Below, piece by piece: positions 51,479-64,000 of a stretch of DNA of 64,000 nucleotides. The DNA is taken from assembly GCA_024704765.1 (NCBI GenBank), contig JAKMXF010000021.1, positions 1-64,000 on the forward strand, given 5' to 3'. Numbering within the stretch: position 1 is the stretch's first letter; every line of letters begins with the position of its first letter. Position numbers and translations under genes: made by a program. The notes below the pieces were generated by a model. The model was not told the DNA's origin. It ran no database searches and was given only the letters and a program-made list of their open reading frames with translations. Source of the stretch: Oopsacas minuta. Lineage: Eukaryota > Animalia > Porifera.

Positions 51479-52399
51479 TATATTGAGTAAATCAAGCTAT
51501 CAATTGAAGACTTTTAAAACGTTAAATATTGCATCAAGTATACAACGACAATCTATGAAATGATAGAACATATTGAATGAAAACGGATTAAACAGCACAA
51601 TTTGGAAGTGAACATTATGTGCCGATTAACAAATCATGATTATTTAAGTATTCAAAACTAGTTTTCATGGTCTAATAACGAGAAATATCTTATTTACCAC
51701 AGTATACCCGGTTATAGGACCTAGTGAGGAATAGATTTTTCGATATAACTAAAAAATTCTATAACTGGAATCGCTTATTTGGGAGGAAATTCCAATATAG
51801 TGATTAAAATTCAGAAATATTCTGTTAATGTAAATAAGAAAGCTCGATTAACCTACGTGATGTCCCAATTACCAGAAGATTTTGCTTGTTAACTATGTCT
51901 CCAAAACATTGTCCCGTTTCAGTTAATATCCCGATTAAGGGGCTTCCACATTATATGTAATATAACAAAAGTCTCAAATCACCGTATGTGCCGACTTAAA
52001 AAGCACCAAATTAACTTAAAGGTTTTCGCGATTAGCATAAATGCAGATATTGGTTCTTCGTGAGTTTTGATTATATTTGTACTGAAATGTATTGGTTATT
52101 AATATAGAGTGAAATTCAATTAGTGATACACTCTAATCAAATTATTATAAGATTAATAATACTATCAAATTTTTGCTGGATATTTCATCTTATCCTAGAG
52201 ATTGAGTTAAATAGGAGTAACAGGGACGTGGAATTTGATTATGACACTCCCTAATGTCTGAGACAAATATTTGCACAAAATTGTATTTCCTTTGCTGTAT
52301 AGAATAGAATTATAAGCTATTGAATTTTGAGTGTGCAGGTCTTGAAATATATAATTAAAGTTGACACTATGCATGTACTATTATAGATATAATTGTTAT

Positions 52400-53000
52400 C
52401 ATGCTTGGACCGGGTAACGAATAAACCGGGTCACTATTTTCAATAAATTTCGGGTCTGAACCGGGCACTGATTTGACTTGGCCGGTTTATATCCTTTTGA
52501 TAATTATAATATATCGGTTTGTAAAATTATAAAGATTCAGTCAATATTCTTCAGACGTTGCATTTTCATGAATCATTAGTATTTCTACTAAACTTGTTTG
52601 GTATCATTATTACTGTATACTTGTATATCTATATACTCTTATATATCAAAAGAAAGAACTTATTTTCAGGACTTCTGGAACAAAAACATGGTGCAAACAG
52701 AAAACACTAGGGTCCCAGCTGCTATATAACCCAACTTTAACCATTAGAACCCTAGGCGAGTTTTAAAACACTGTAGCTTGTTGAGAGTCACCAACCTCTT
52801 CTAAAATCTCCCTAGATTTTCATTGTGGAATACCTGTAATTCAAACTTAGGAAAATCTAATCATTATCAAATTGCATGAAAACAGAAAAATGATGTTTTG
52901 AAAAAACGGGTCAAAAAACGAAACCGGGTCACCGGGTCAGAGGTTTCAACCTGGTCTACCGGGTAATCAGGTCAGGAAATCATGACCCGATCCAAGCCTG
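52400..53000. mobile_element. hAT MITE (601 bp) with 8-bp TSD
   Basis: TIR CA(T/G)GCTTGGA(C/T)CGGGT, CCGGGT subterminal repeats, exact TSD ATTGTTAT at 52392-9 and 53001-8. Confidence 0.9.
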
Positions 53001-53179
53001 ATTGTTATAAGAATTGGAATTAAAATTCTGCATTAGAAATTGATATATCACCTGAAATAACCACAAAATATTCCAAGTAAAATATGACGCCACTTTACAT
53101 ATCCATACACCAGAATATCAAATCGCTGATACGTAGCTCAATTTTGATCTAATTAGGTTTCCAATATTCTGATTACTAT

Positions 53180-53518
53180 ACTATTATTATCAAATGAATA
53201 TAGAACTGGAAATTTCAGCTATTTCAGGTTATATAATTTCTGAATTTCTCAATATTCGAGGCCCGATGTGCGAAGATTACTAACCAAAAGTGATATGGCA
53301 TCCCTATTGTTACAACAGATGGCTATTGAACGTAATTTGACGGACCATGGATAATACAATCTGAAATTTTCTCTTATATTATAACCTCAGGCACGAAGTG
53401 CTGAACTTTTTCAACTCGCCTAGCGACCAAAAGCACTAAGAAAATTATCTACTAAATACTCAATCAAACTTAAGGCATTAAGCTGTCACGCAGCCACTTA
53501 GCAAGCGAAGCGCACTAG
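53180..53518 (+). mobile_element. Helitron-like family copy, 3' part
   Basis: Shares TAACCAAAAGTGA and TAGCGACCAAAAGCACTAA with 33.2-33.4 kb. Ends TTAGCAAGCGAAGCGCACTAG|T. Confidence 0.65.
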
Positions 53519-54241
53519 TCATCATTTAATTAAGTCATAGTCTAATGGGTCAAGAGGTCATAGCCCTGACCCATGTGACCCATGTTACCAGCGACCTAAC
53601 CAGTGATCCATGGTCGAGTTTGGTTTTCTTGGTCTTTTCTACCACATTCAATCTTGTATTAGGAAATTCACTAGACTAGTTGATTTATGAACTCATTCCA
53701 TTGAGCAAGGACTGTTAAACAGAGTTCTGATTCAGGCCTAAAGAAAACTGGATGCGGCCTGCGTACCTTCGCCTGCATAAATTTTGGGAAATATTTATGA
53801 GGGCGCGCGAAATTTTACCATTATCGGGTGGTATCCCCATGTTCTTAATACGCTAGGGTTAGCGAAATTTAATATATGGACACGTGGGGTACGCTGTATT
53901 CCTAATTCTAGATGAAACCCTGGTCCAATATGTCTAAAATCATATAATCCTATCTGTTAATCGGAGTTAGTAAACTGAGTTTAACTAAGTTGATCTGAAA
54001 AGCCCACCATTCAGACGGAGATTGGTGTAACACTTGGATTTATATTTGCACGATATTTTTTGTTTAGCTGAACACTCAATGATGGCATTGAACACTGATT
54101 TAAATATATATACTGTACAAATTAGAAGAGGATCGAAATAGAAACTGAACACAGACTCCTTAGAGTCACTTTTCTCCATTTTAACAAATATGGAGAAAAG
54201 TGACAAAATTTTCAAAACTCCTTATGTCTAAATAACTTATA

Positions 54242-55578
54242 CAGTATGTACAATAATTATTGCAACACTAGGGAGATTTCTTAGTATAACCCAGAAACAA
54301 TAAATATGAAAGCATATGATCAAGGTTTTTGTCCACTTGTCGAGAATACACTAAAGATTAACATTTGATCTTATTTCCATCGTTTTCTACGACCATCTGA
54401 CAGCTACGCGTCATAGACTTCCAACAGTGTTCCAAAAATTCGGGTGTGAGAGAATCCCAAATTGCTTGGATACACTTCTCAAGCTCAGCTAGTGATTTGG
54501 CATGTTGTTTTGCAACTTGATTTTTCAACCAGCCGAATAGATTTTCTATCGGATTAAGGTCTGGTGATTGACTGGGCCATTGAAATACATTATTTGGCAT
54601 TTTTTCTGAGATCCATTGTTGGGGTAATATTGAACGGTGCTTTGGATCACTATCCTGGACGATAAACCATCTATTTCCGTAGAAAGCCTCAGTCTGTGAA
54701 AGAAGATGTCATTCAAGGATCTTAACAAAGAATTGTGCATCCAAATTCTGACGGAATATGCACAATGGGAAGTTACCAAAAGACGAAATTGCAGCCCATA
54801 TGTGTAATTTCGGTGAGTGTTTGGTAGTTTTTTGTGATCGTTTCTTTCCAGATTTTGTCCACATTCGAACCTTCCCGCCATTAAGCAAGAAAGAGGCTTC
54901 ATCTGCAAATACACCTCTACGCCAGAGTTTAAATTTGTTTCTGTCCCATTCAATTCTGAAGAGACGATTTTTTTCAAATAGCAATGAAATCTGTCAGGAA
55001 ATGGCTTAGAGTATTTCAGTTTCTGAAGAGTAAGATAGACTGTACTTTTACTGACAGTCAGTTTCTTTGTTTTAGCTGTCCTGGTTGCAAGCTTACGTAC
55101 ACTAGTCTCTGGATCCGATTTGATGAACTGAGTAGCTGTATATTGAATTGCCGAGTAAATTTGGTCTACCACTACCTCTTTTGTGTTTAAGGGTCATATT
55201 TTTTTGGAGTCTTTTTACCCTGTAAACTGTCCCTCGATCAACATCTAAAATGGGTGAGATTTCAGTAGGTGTATGTCTATCGCCAATCAATAGAGTTTTG
55301 ATCTTTTCTCTCATCACCTCTTGGGCCATATCAACGCTAAATGCTAAATTATTCAGCTAAAAGGTAAGAGGATCTTCTAATTTATGATGAAAGGTATTAA
55401 ATACTGACGTCATCCTCATTAGCAAATATATAATCCCATTGTGTTTACTCAGATTTATCTTCAAATAAATACCAATTGACGTTCAACATTAGTGCAGTAA
55501 CTACTCCTTATCCAATAGAACTATAGCAGTGGTTGAAATAGAATCAATGATGTGTTGCAATAATTATTGTACATACTG
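54242..55578 (-). mobile_element. Tc1-like transposon with DD35E spacing, full length, frameshifted ORF (~54358-55329)
   Basis: Perfect 27-bp TIR CAGTATGTACAATAATTATTGCAACAC, TA duplication at 54240-1 and 55579-80. Motifs FADEASF and QDSDPKH...SPDLNPIE (35 residues between D and E). Confidence 0.93.
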
Positions 55579-55908
55579 TACTTGTTAAATTTTTATTTAT
55601 GTAAACCAAAAGATGTTCGTCACTTTTATGAACACTCATTAAAGTGTTGATAACCGCCGTAATAACAAAGAATTCCATCAAAACAATGTAATCAATCACA
55701 AAATTAATTATAATTGTTATGAATTTTGATTTGTTACATTCTTTCTATTGTATTTGAGTACTAAGATAATACGAATCATGATTCGTTTCAAGGAATTCTT
55801 GTATATTTTGATAACAATGATAAATATTAGGATAATAATTCTGAAAATTTAACATAAATTTTGATGGGGACACTATTGTTAATTTGTATTTTGTGTTATA
55901 CAGCTGTA

Positions 55909-57215
55909 CAAGGTTGCTTGTAAGTTCTGATACATCGAAAACATGCCCCAGATTGTAAACTTAGTGCATCTAGAATTTGTTGAGGTCCTAGTTCATTGCT
56001 ATGATGTAAATGCAATCAAACTATACAAAAATTACTCAATGTACCCTCCTTGTTTCTTAATGGCAGCTGGGAGACGTCCAGAAACGGACTCAATCGCGGC
56101 ACGCAGGGTTTTCTGAGGGATTTTCGCCCATTCCCATCACAAAAACCTCTTGAGCGACTGGATACTCATGTGAGATTTAGCGCAGGGATTTGGTTCTAAT
56201 ATCCCACAAAATACAAAGTGCATCGTGTTAAAATCCGGGCTAGAGGAGGGCGATTCTTCTTTTGAGATAAAATCAGGAATGTTATCCTGGAGCCAGGCCA
56301 GAGTAACCTTTGACGTTGAACTGCTGCACCATCTTTTGAAACAAGTATGATTGGTTGTGATACATTGTTCTGCTGATGTACTTTACAACAGGTTCTAAAA
56401 TCAAATTTTTGTAGGTTGAGTTAATTTTGACCTCACAATGTACGAGAATTAGCGAGGTGCGGCCTACAGACGAAATTCCGGACCAAACCATCACCAAGCC
56501 GGCTTTTGAATTCATTTACTTATTTGAGGTTATCTGGGATTGCAGATCATAAAAAGCAAAAGCATCCGATCATTTTGACGATTACAAGCCTGCTCAATTG
56601 GAAATAATTTCTCGTCGGTGCAAAGAATATTCTCTATAACGCTAATTGCTAACCGCATGACAAGTGATTTCCTTTGTGAAAGCCGCTTTTATTTAATCTT
56701 GTCGGAAAAGAAAGTGAAATTTCCTTAACTTGTAAGAAAATTGTCCTAAGTTCTTCTTTACAATCTTACTCACCGAGGTGCGCCAAATTCCGAGCTCGGA
56801 TGACATCTTTCGCATCTATTCTCTGGGATTTAGCCGAATCCAAGATCGTATGACCTTCCTTATTCTGGTAGTAGTAATCGAGGTCGTACGTCCACTCCTT
56901 GAATTATCTCGTATTTTTCCGGTATCCTTGTATCGATTTATTGTGCCATATACGACATACGTCTCCTCTTTTCAATATCTAGGGCCCTCATAATTTCGCA
57001 ACGACTTGTCCCCTTCTCATAAAGCCTAATTATTGATGCCAGCATTTTACCATAACAAAACTATTTATATCTACCTTGATACAATTTAACAAATAAATAA
57101 CTAAAATGTTCCTGAGATTCAATATTTCGTAATGTATTACTCAATTAAGAATTCAAAGGAAAATATACGAAAATTGACATTCTTAATATTGTAACAGAAC
57201 TTAAAAGCCACCCTA
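55909..57215 (-). mobile_element. Degenerate maT-like (DD37D) transposon
   Basis: Imperfect TIRs CAAGGTTGCTTGTAAGTTCTG / TAGGGTGGCTTTTAAGTTCTG (rc), both TA-flanked. Motifs VMVWSGIS..GRT.L and DNIPDFISKE..PSSSPD.N. Confidence 0.8.
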
Positions 57216-57549
57216 TATGACAAAAATCAGCCCTAGGGATCTTCCCGATTCTTGAATCAATGTCGAACACACAAGATCCAAACAAATATTTATAGAGGTA
57301 GTATTCTAATAAACACGGCAATTTCACTGACCATTATTTAACCACCAGACATTCGTTAACTGAGCTTAGGATTATTATTTTGGAGTGAAAATCGCCGGAT
57401 GAATGTATTATAGACTTGAAGAAATACATGTCATCATTTCAAAAATCGAAAACTTGTTAAATATGCCAAAGTATACAATTTTAAGATTAATTTCAGTAAT
57501 TATATTGATAATGAAAGGTCTGAAGAAAATAGCTTTGTAATTCTTAAAT

Positions 57550-59490
57550 ACATCTAAAGGTCAGTTGTGGATAGATGGCGTTAAGTTTCACGGGTTATCT
57601 AATGTTCGAAATATTTCGGGATGCATGTGTTTATTGATGAGTGCTGTCATTTCCTTTACGTCATCACAGGTGCTTATAGCAATAGTTTTGTAGAGTGTAA
57701 TCCACTATAAGTTTTGTGGTTAGTTGTAACACAACCTGGACATAGTTTAGTTCATCAAATGTTTGATAAAAAATAAGTGTTTATGTGGAGAAATTTTGAA
57801 TTTTCCATCAGTTGGGTATTGGAATAAAACTGAATTCAATACTAATGGTATTACAAGGTTACAAAATGTATAATTAAGGAGCCAATTCACCTTCCCAAGG
57901 TTCACAACCCAAAGTGTGATGTAGAAAGTGAACAAGTTGTGGACACATTGTTAGAAGTCAGCTCTGGAGTTGACTTTGAGATTGAAAGCCAGAAATTTGG
58001 AGAATTTTATCTCGAAATCACAGAATGGGATAGTTTGTGCATTACTGATTCGAACTATGGAATGTCATTAGTCAATAATTGGATGAATGTATTTCTTCTA
58101 AGTTTCATGATGTAAACAATATGTGTGTTTTGAAGTTTGACTATTATCGGTTGAAAGGTCTGATAGAGTAAGAGAAACAGTCATTTCTTTCGAGCAAGAG
58201 CAGAATGAAATTCCCTAATTTTAGAGCATTTGTATTTTATTGTGTGTACGAGAGCAATTTAATGATTCTGACAAAACAGGAGGATTTGTTATGGTAATTC
58301 AACATAATTAAAATCCGCGGAATGTTTAAGGAAATATAAATCAGAAATGAATTCCGCTAGTATGTTTTCTAATTCTATCAGAGAAGTTGTAGTAGTTACC
58401 GTCATCTACTCTCTGATTCTCCAATCCCAGGTTATGTTCAGTACTTTGTGCAAGGTCCATTTGTTGAATATATGTACACTTCCAAACAAATAGAACTCTT
58501 AAAAGTATTTAAGGGACAAGATGTAGTTTTAACTTTAGATGTTGCTGGGTAACGAATTAGTAAACCTCATTCATGCACTAACAAAATATTCTATTATGCT
58601 CCAACTATCCAACATCGTGAGTATTCCAAATCTAATACCAGAAGCAGAAATAAATAGTAGTAAACATGGTACAGCTGAAAATTCAGATTTCTTGGATAAA
58701 TGGTCAAAAGGAAAAGACCAAATTTAGCTCTATTAAACTTACCGATTTAATATTTCAAAGGCAATTTAAAGTTTGAAATCGAAATAAAAGCAATCAGATA
58801 GTGTACAAAAGCCTCTAGCAAATACAGAAATACAAGTACCAGTCAAGTCCATGTGTTAACAGGTGAAATAACCAGAGGATGTTCAAAATAATAGTTTATC
58901 AGGTAAGAAAGTAGATATAATTACCGTTTTAGACCTTATGGAAATGGTGAGCTAGATTATAAATTGCCTCAATTCCAACTCATTACATGTAATTGACGAA
59001 AGGTTATTCGTGAAAGGTTGAACATACATTATATAAGTCACTAGTTTCTTCCAGAATAGAAATACACAAAATTCAAATTTACTCGAATGATGTCCTTCTA
59101 AAATGTTAGATGTTCTTGAGATGGTAATTGTTCATTTTCTTCACTAGCATTTTGGATGACAGGGATTACAGATCATTTTCATCAAATTCGATCACTAATT
59201 ACTGATAATATGGTTGGAGGGTTGAAAGAACCTCGCAATAAATTCCACGTTCAGTAATTAATATTACATAACTTGGGAAACTGATGTGGAAATATTTGCG
59301 ATAGCTTGGTTATTGCAAACAGATATTTGGAAAATTACTTCAACTATGGGAAACAAATGGATGGCTTTTCAGGCAAAGGGGCTAAAGTGATTGATGTCCT
59401 AGAAAAGCCTCCAGCAAATCCTGAAGGCTAAATATATCAAAATTATGATGGAGTTCATTATGAACACATTTTGGAGGTTGATAGAGCTTT
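57550..59490 (+). pseudogene. Decayed Mutator-like (NOF-FB/Phantom-like) transposase followed by an OTU-like cysteine protease domain
   Basis: PGYVQY...PF...YTSKQIELL...LTLDVAG..I.KP....IFYYA and EI.SSKHGT....FLDKW are MULE-like. DGNC (59120), WETDVEIFAIA.LLQTDI and VHYE (59453) are the OTU Cys/Trp/His motifs. Many stops; no termini found. Confidence 0.6.
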
Positions 59491-62400
59491 TCTGTCTAAG
59501 ACCACGTCCCAGTGAGAAAATACTGTACTCTAATATGTATTCATATTCGGATCATGGATACTGTTGGGGCTAAATTTTCCATATGTACATCTAATGAGGG
59601 TCAGAATATCAGTATCGGAAAATCTGTGTTTTCACATGTTTATTTATAGAATAGTAAAATTCTGGATCTCATTAGATAAAATAGGGGTGCAAATTATCCC
59701 TTCCATGGTCCATGTTCCTAATATGAATCACAAATTGAGGAGGAATTTTCTCACTAGATGTTGTTTCATTAAGTTGCATAATATATTAGATATAGCAAAA
59801 ATTGGTTAAAGAAATGTTTTTTAATAGTGCTTAAATTATTTCTTATGTCAATTTTGAATGAAGCGCATATTATCGAGGTACACTACACCTGGGAATGTAA
59901 TTGATATCCCATAATTTAATAGTTCCGTTTGGTGAAAAAAATATATATGCATAAAGAAGGTCTTGTAAAGTATAAAACATAATTGGCATAGGGGAACCAG
60001 TTGTAGGATCTCAGGATGGGAGGATGAGATAATACATTTTCTGTTTATGTTATTAATGTATAAACTAAGTGATAGGTTAGAGTATTCACCTGCTTGACAG
60101 ACTTAACTTTGGTATCTATAATTCAATTCCGAATATCTTTATCGTCGAAAAGTGATCCATACATATTATATCAAGGTTTGAAAGTGGCAGATGCAAGTAG
60201 TATGTGTAATATATGTATTATACATACTACGGAAGTTTTCGTGCAGTATATTGGAATCATTCGTTGCAGAATTAATATAATAACTGATATTTTTCTATTG
60301 GCGGTAAATGGTTGGTATTTATGTTTGTTTAAATTTATGGATTAAAAAATCTCCAGGATACAAAATCTAAATTTATCTCTTCGAACCATCTTGAGAGAAA
60401 TTTATGACATGAGAGTGGTATGATATTACTTGATTCTAATTTTTTGTATAAATTGATGCCATTATTACTTATGTATATATAACAACTCTTTTTGTGTGTA
60501 ATTAAATACTGAAAAATATCCCTATGAATGGAATTCAGATAACCTGTATAAATGTTGGTATAATTTTATATATGCACAGTATTATATATACGTAATGTTC
60601 AGTTTCACATAATTTAGAAGAATTGAATATGGTATTTAAGATTAACACATTCAGGTGCACAATAATGAATAGCTTTGGATTCTAGTGCTGAAAGCTGAAA
60701 TATGATTCAAGATACTTCTAATGGGGAATATATAATTGGGTAACACAACACAATTATATAGTTTAGTTGATGGTTGTGTTGTTAATTAAATAATTAAATA
60801 GAAGAAGAATTTAACATTTGAATGGAATCAAAAGTACCAAGACTCTGTTTCTCTTCAATATATTTATTCCCAAAAGAGAATAGTATTATTAAACTATTTC
60901 GAAAGGTACTTACCATAGACATTCATACATGATATCAAGCGAAGTCAAATCGCTATAACACCCTATTTGAATTTGCTAGGAAATCTCTTTATCTAAGCAT
61001 GATCTATCCCCAAATGGTAATTATCAAATTTCTGAAACATTATTCTAAGTAACTATTTCAAAATTTCAAATTATATTACAAGTCGTATTACCATATGATA
61101 TTTAATTGAATAGGTTCCCACACATCGCGATTTGGTAATAGTTGAAAGAAAATTAGAATGGGAGCTATGACAAGTATGATAATCTTACTCTCTATACGTA
61201 AATGTGCGATAGAATTAAAGATAGTAATATCACAATACACTTGTATTAAGAAAGGCAATGAAAATTGAGCAAAAAATACATAAATAAAAAGTAGTAGTAA
61301 CCCCTTGGGTATCTAAGGAAAATGAATTATAGACTACAATGGGAAGATAGCAAGAATTTTGAGGCGATTCTGATGATAAAGAATTTCCAGAATAGAGTTC
61401 AAAGTTAAGAGCTAATAATTCACTTAAAAAGAGAAATTATCAATTTTTAGACGGTTGAAGTGGTTGAGAATTTTCAGTAGTTGTAGATAAAATTGACATT
61501 GGTATAAACGATTATATCTCAAAAATAGATGACTATCAATATAATTGAGATTCAGTTAGATTTAGGGTAAGAAACATGAGTTTAAAATGACCCTACTTTA
61601 TGTAGTACCCCTTAATGCCCCCCTACCAACTAAAAGTACCAATTGCCACAACTTAGTGCGTATTCAATATTTATCAATGAACTCAATTCACATAAACGTT
61701 CATGTGGCACAATTTTAAAAACCAATTTTCAGAATCTAATTCGAACTTTGAGGTGATGTAGTTAAATAAATTTGTATACATAAGCAATTGATCAAAAAGT
61801 TTATATAAATGTAAAACATTTACACAAAATCATATTCATATAACGTTCAAATCACTTCTATTGAACGAGATTAATCCGTAAAATCTGAAGTGGGATAAGT
61901 TAGCGATTGAAGTATACATGATCGAATAGTCTGCGAAATCCACACTCGTCACATACACATATATAAAGTAATTCCGTCTTAATAGTATAGACGTTTGTAT
62001 ATGTCTAAATTACTTTATTACCTGTTATAATAAAATTAAGTCCAAACATCAATGAATATCGTTCTTTCTCAATTAACATGTAAATAGACAACCACATTTA
62101 TGTGATTATAGTAGAGTAGGCCTGTAACTACTTTGAGTTAGCTATTATATAGTGCACTTGCAACGGATTTTGAGTAACCAATTATAGTCACAGATAGTGC
62201 TGGTTCACTGACTCATGTATTGGGTCATTGGGCCATTGGGCAATGGTTACAATGTGTGGCCCATGGTCCACTCTGAAGTGAACCAGAATAAAATACAAAG
62301 AGTCAAAAATACATCTTTCATAGAATGTGGTTAGGACATTTAGAACTGATACGGGCCTATCTATAGTTATTCCTTTGATAAATATCGCCACGTTTGTGAA

Positions 62401-62753
62401 CTGCTATTACTTTGGTTATTTTCCATATATTAGGGAATATAGCGGTTTGAAATAGAATATTTAGTATTCTGTCTATGATGGAACAATTATTTCTGTTGAT
62501 AGTTTCAGAATTCTTGGAAAAATCGATCAGGTCCTGTCAAAAGTCTAGCAATAGTGCTTGCATCAATATATGGTATCGCAAAGTCAATCTCATTTCACAC
62601 CTGGAGGAAAAAAATTCATTTAGTGCGGTGACTATTTTACCAGAAAGGACCGTAGTGGGATCAAAATGTCCAGGACTAATCTACTGCAATATACATGAAC
62701 TGATCATTGAAAATAATTGCTATATAATTCTGTCAACAAATTCATTTTTGGAT

Positions 62754-63554
62754 CTGTATATTTTTGATCGAATTTTATGTAGAAGTATGATCGAATTTTA
62801 TGTAGAAGTTTGATCAAATTTTCTTACGTCGAACTAGTGATCGAATGAAAAAAAGGGCAAATTTTGATCAAAGTTCCACTAAAATGTCTCCAATCGAAAT
62901 TTGATGGAAAAATTGAGGAATTTTAATGAAAAATGGGAACTTTGGTCAAAAATGAGAACTTTGATCGAAAATGAGAACTTTGATCAAAAATGGGAAGTTG
63001 AACAAATGAGAAATTTGAGCGAAAATGGGAACTTTGAGCGAAAATGGAGAAAATACAACAAAAAAATCCAACGATACGCCATTTTACAAAGAATAATAAT
63101 AATCAGTCCAAAAAAATTCCATCCAATCATAAAATTAGCATAAATTCCACATTCCCATCCTTTAGTAGCTAATAACGAAACACTAATAAATACTCCCAGA
63201 GCCATAAGGAAGCGAAATAAATCCCTAATACCCACCCAATGGTACTCTTTCTAACTAATAAAATATAAAGTTCGTGTGGAATTTATGTTAAATTTTTGAT
63301 TGGATGAAGTTTTTTGGATTGATTAATATTAATCTCTGTAAAATGGCGTATCGTTGGATTTAATTGTTGTATTTTCTCCGTTTTCGATCAAAGTTCCCCT
63401 TTTCGTTCAAAATTCTACAATTTTTCGATCAAAGTTCGACTGGAGACATTCTTGTAGAACTTTGATCAAAATTTTCCTTTTTCATCATTCAATCAAAGTT
63501 CGACATAAGAAAATTTGATCAAAGTTCTACATAAAATTCGATCAAAATATACAG
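62754..63554. mobile_element. Foldback-type element with long modular inverted arms
   Basis: Arms start CTGTATATTTT(T)GATCGAATTTTATGTAGAA. Left arm ~400 bp, right arm ~280 bp, built partly of ~16-bp GAACTTTGATCGAAAA subrepeats, with a ~120-bp spacer. TSD not resolved. Confidence 0.88.
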
Positions 63555-64000
63555 CTGCAAATGGATGTTTAACATTTTATTATACTTTTACAACAACAAA
63601 AACAATTTGATCAAATATAATTGATAATAGTGCAGTTCGCTCTCTGGGTGGTTGCACAGAGCGCTTCGGCCGTACATTCGGGGAGCCTGCGTCTATTTAG
63701 CTGAAGGTAAAAGCTGCCAAATTTCTTATAGTGTTTGCGTTGCCATCCGAAAGGATATACCTAAACTACGTCGTCAAAATTGAAATTAAAGACTAAATTA
63801 TCCATGCTCCACACTAATATATAAATAGTTTCCTTCAGTGGCACTTTGATGTCGAAATGCTCAAATTTTCAAAGTTGATAATCGCAGAGCAAAATGCAAA
63901 AATGTGATTTTCGATTATCCCAAGAGGTGAAAATTATGTTCATCATCCACCAGATAGAGACTGATTGATGCAAAGATCGGCGCCAATGATTATAAGGTTT

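Noticed and set aside
53759-53896. Small MITE with C(T/A)GCGTACC termini
   Set aside because: A 9-bp imperfect match with no target-site duplication.
62901-63235. ORFs 62901-63143 and 62984-63235 as proteins
   Set aside because: They are translations of foldback subrepeats and are low complexity.

Overview
This is an AT-rich eukaryotic window, probably from an invertebrate animal, judging by short GT-AG introns inside transposase genes. It is almost entirely a transposable-element graveyard. I found no convincing host gene, tRNA, rRNA or CRISPR array. At least eight IS630-Tc1-mariner copies are present (DD34D x3, DD41D, DD37D x2, DD34E, DD35E), most with TIRs and TA target duplications. Also present: a full Harbinger (transposase plus Myb/SANT gene) with a hAT nested in its Myb gene, a 5'-truncated Charlie/Buster hAT, several hAT and Tc1 MITEs, a Chapaev-3 element, a non-autonomous Helitron-like family in about six copies, a MULE/NOF-like remnant followed by an OTU protease domain, and a foldback element. 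The standout is a complete 3.3-kb RAG1-like/Transib transposon (33513-36816). It has a 5-bp TSD, heptamer-type ends (CACAGTG/CTCAGTG), an asymmetric 12/21-bp spacer to a second shared motif, an NBD-like region, RAG1-type catalytic and zinc motifs, an intron and a C-terminal CxxCxxxGH tail, but no RAG2-like gene. A fragment of a second, divergent RAG1-like family lies at about 42.2-42.9 kb. All family assignments come from motif recognition by eye; no database searches were run.
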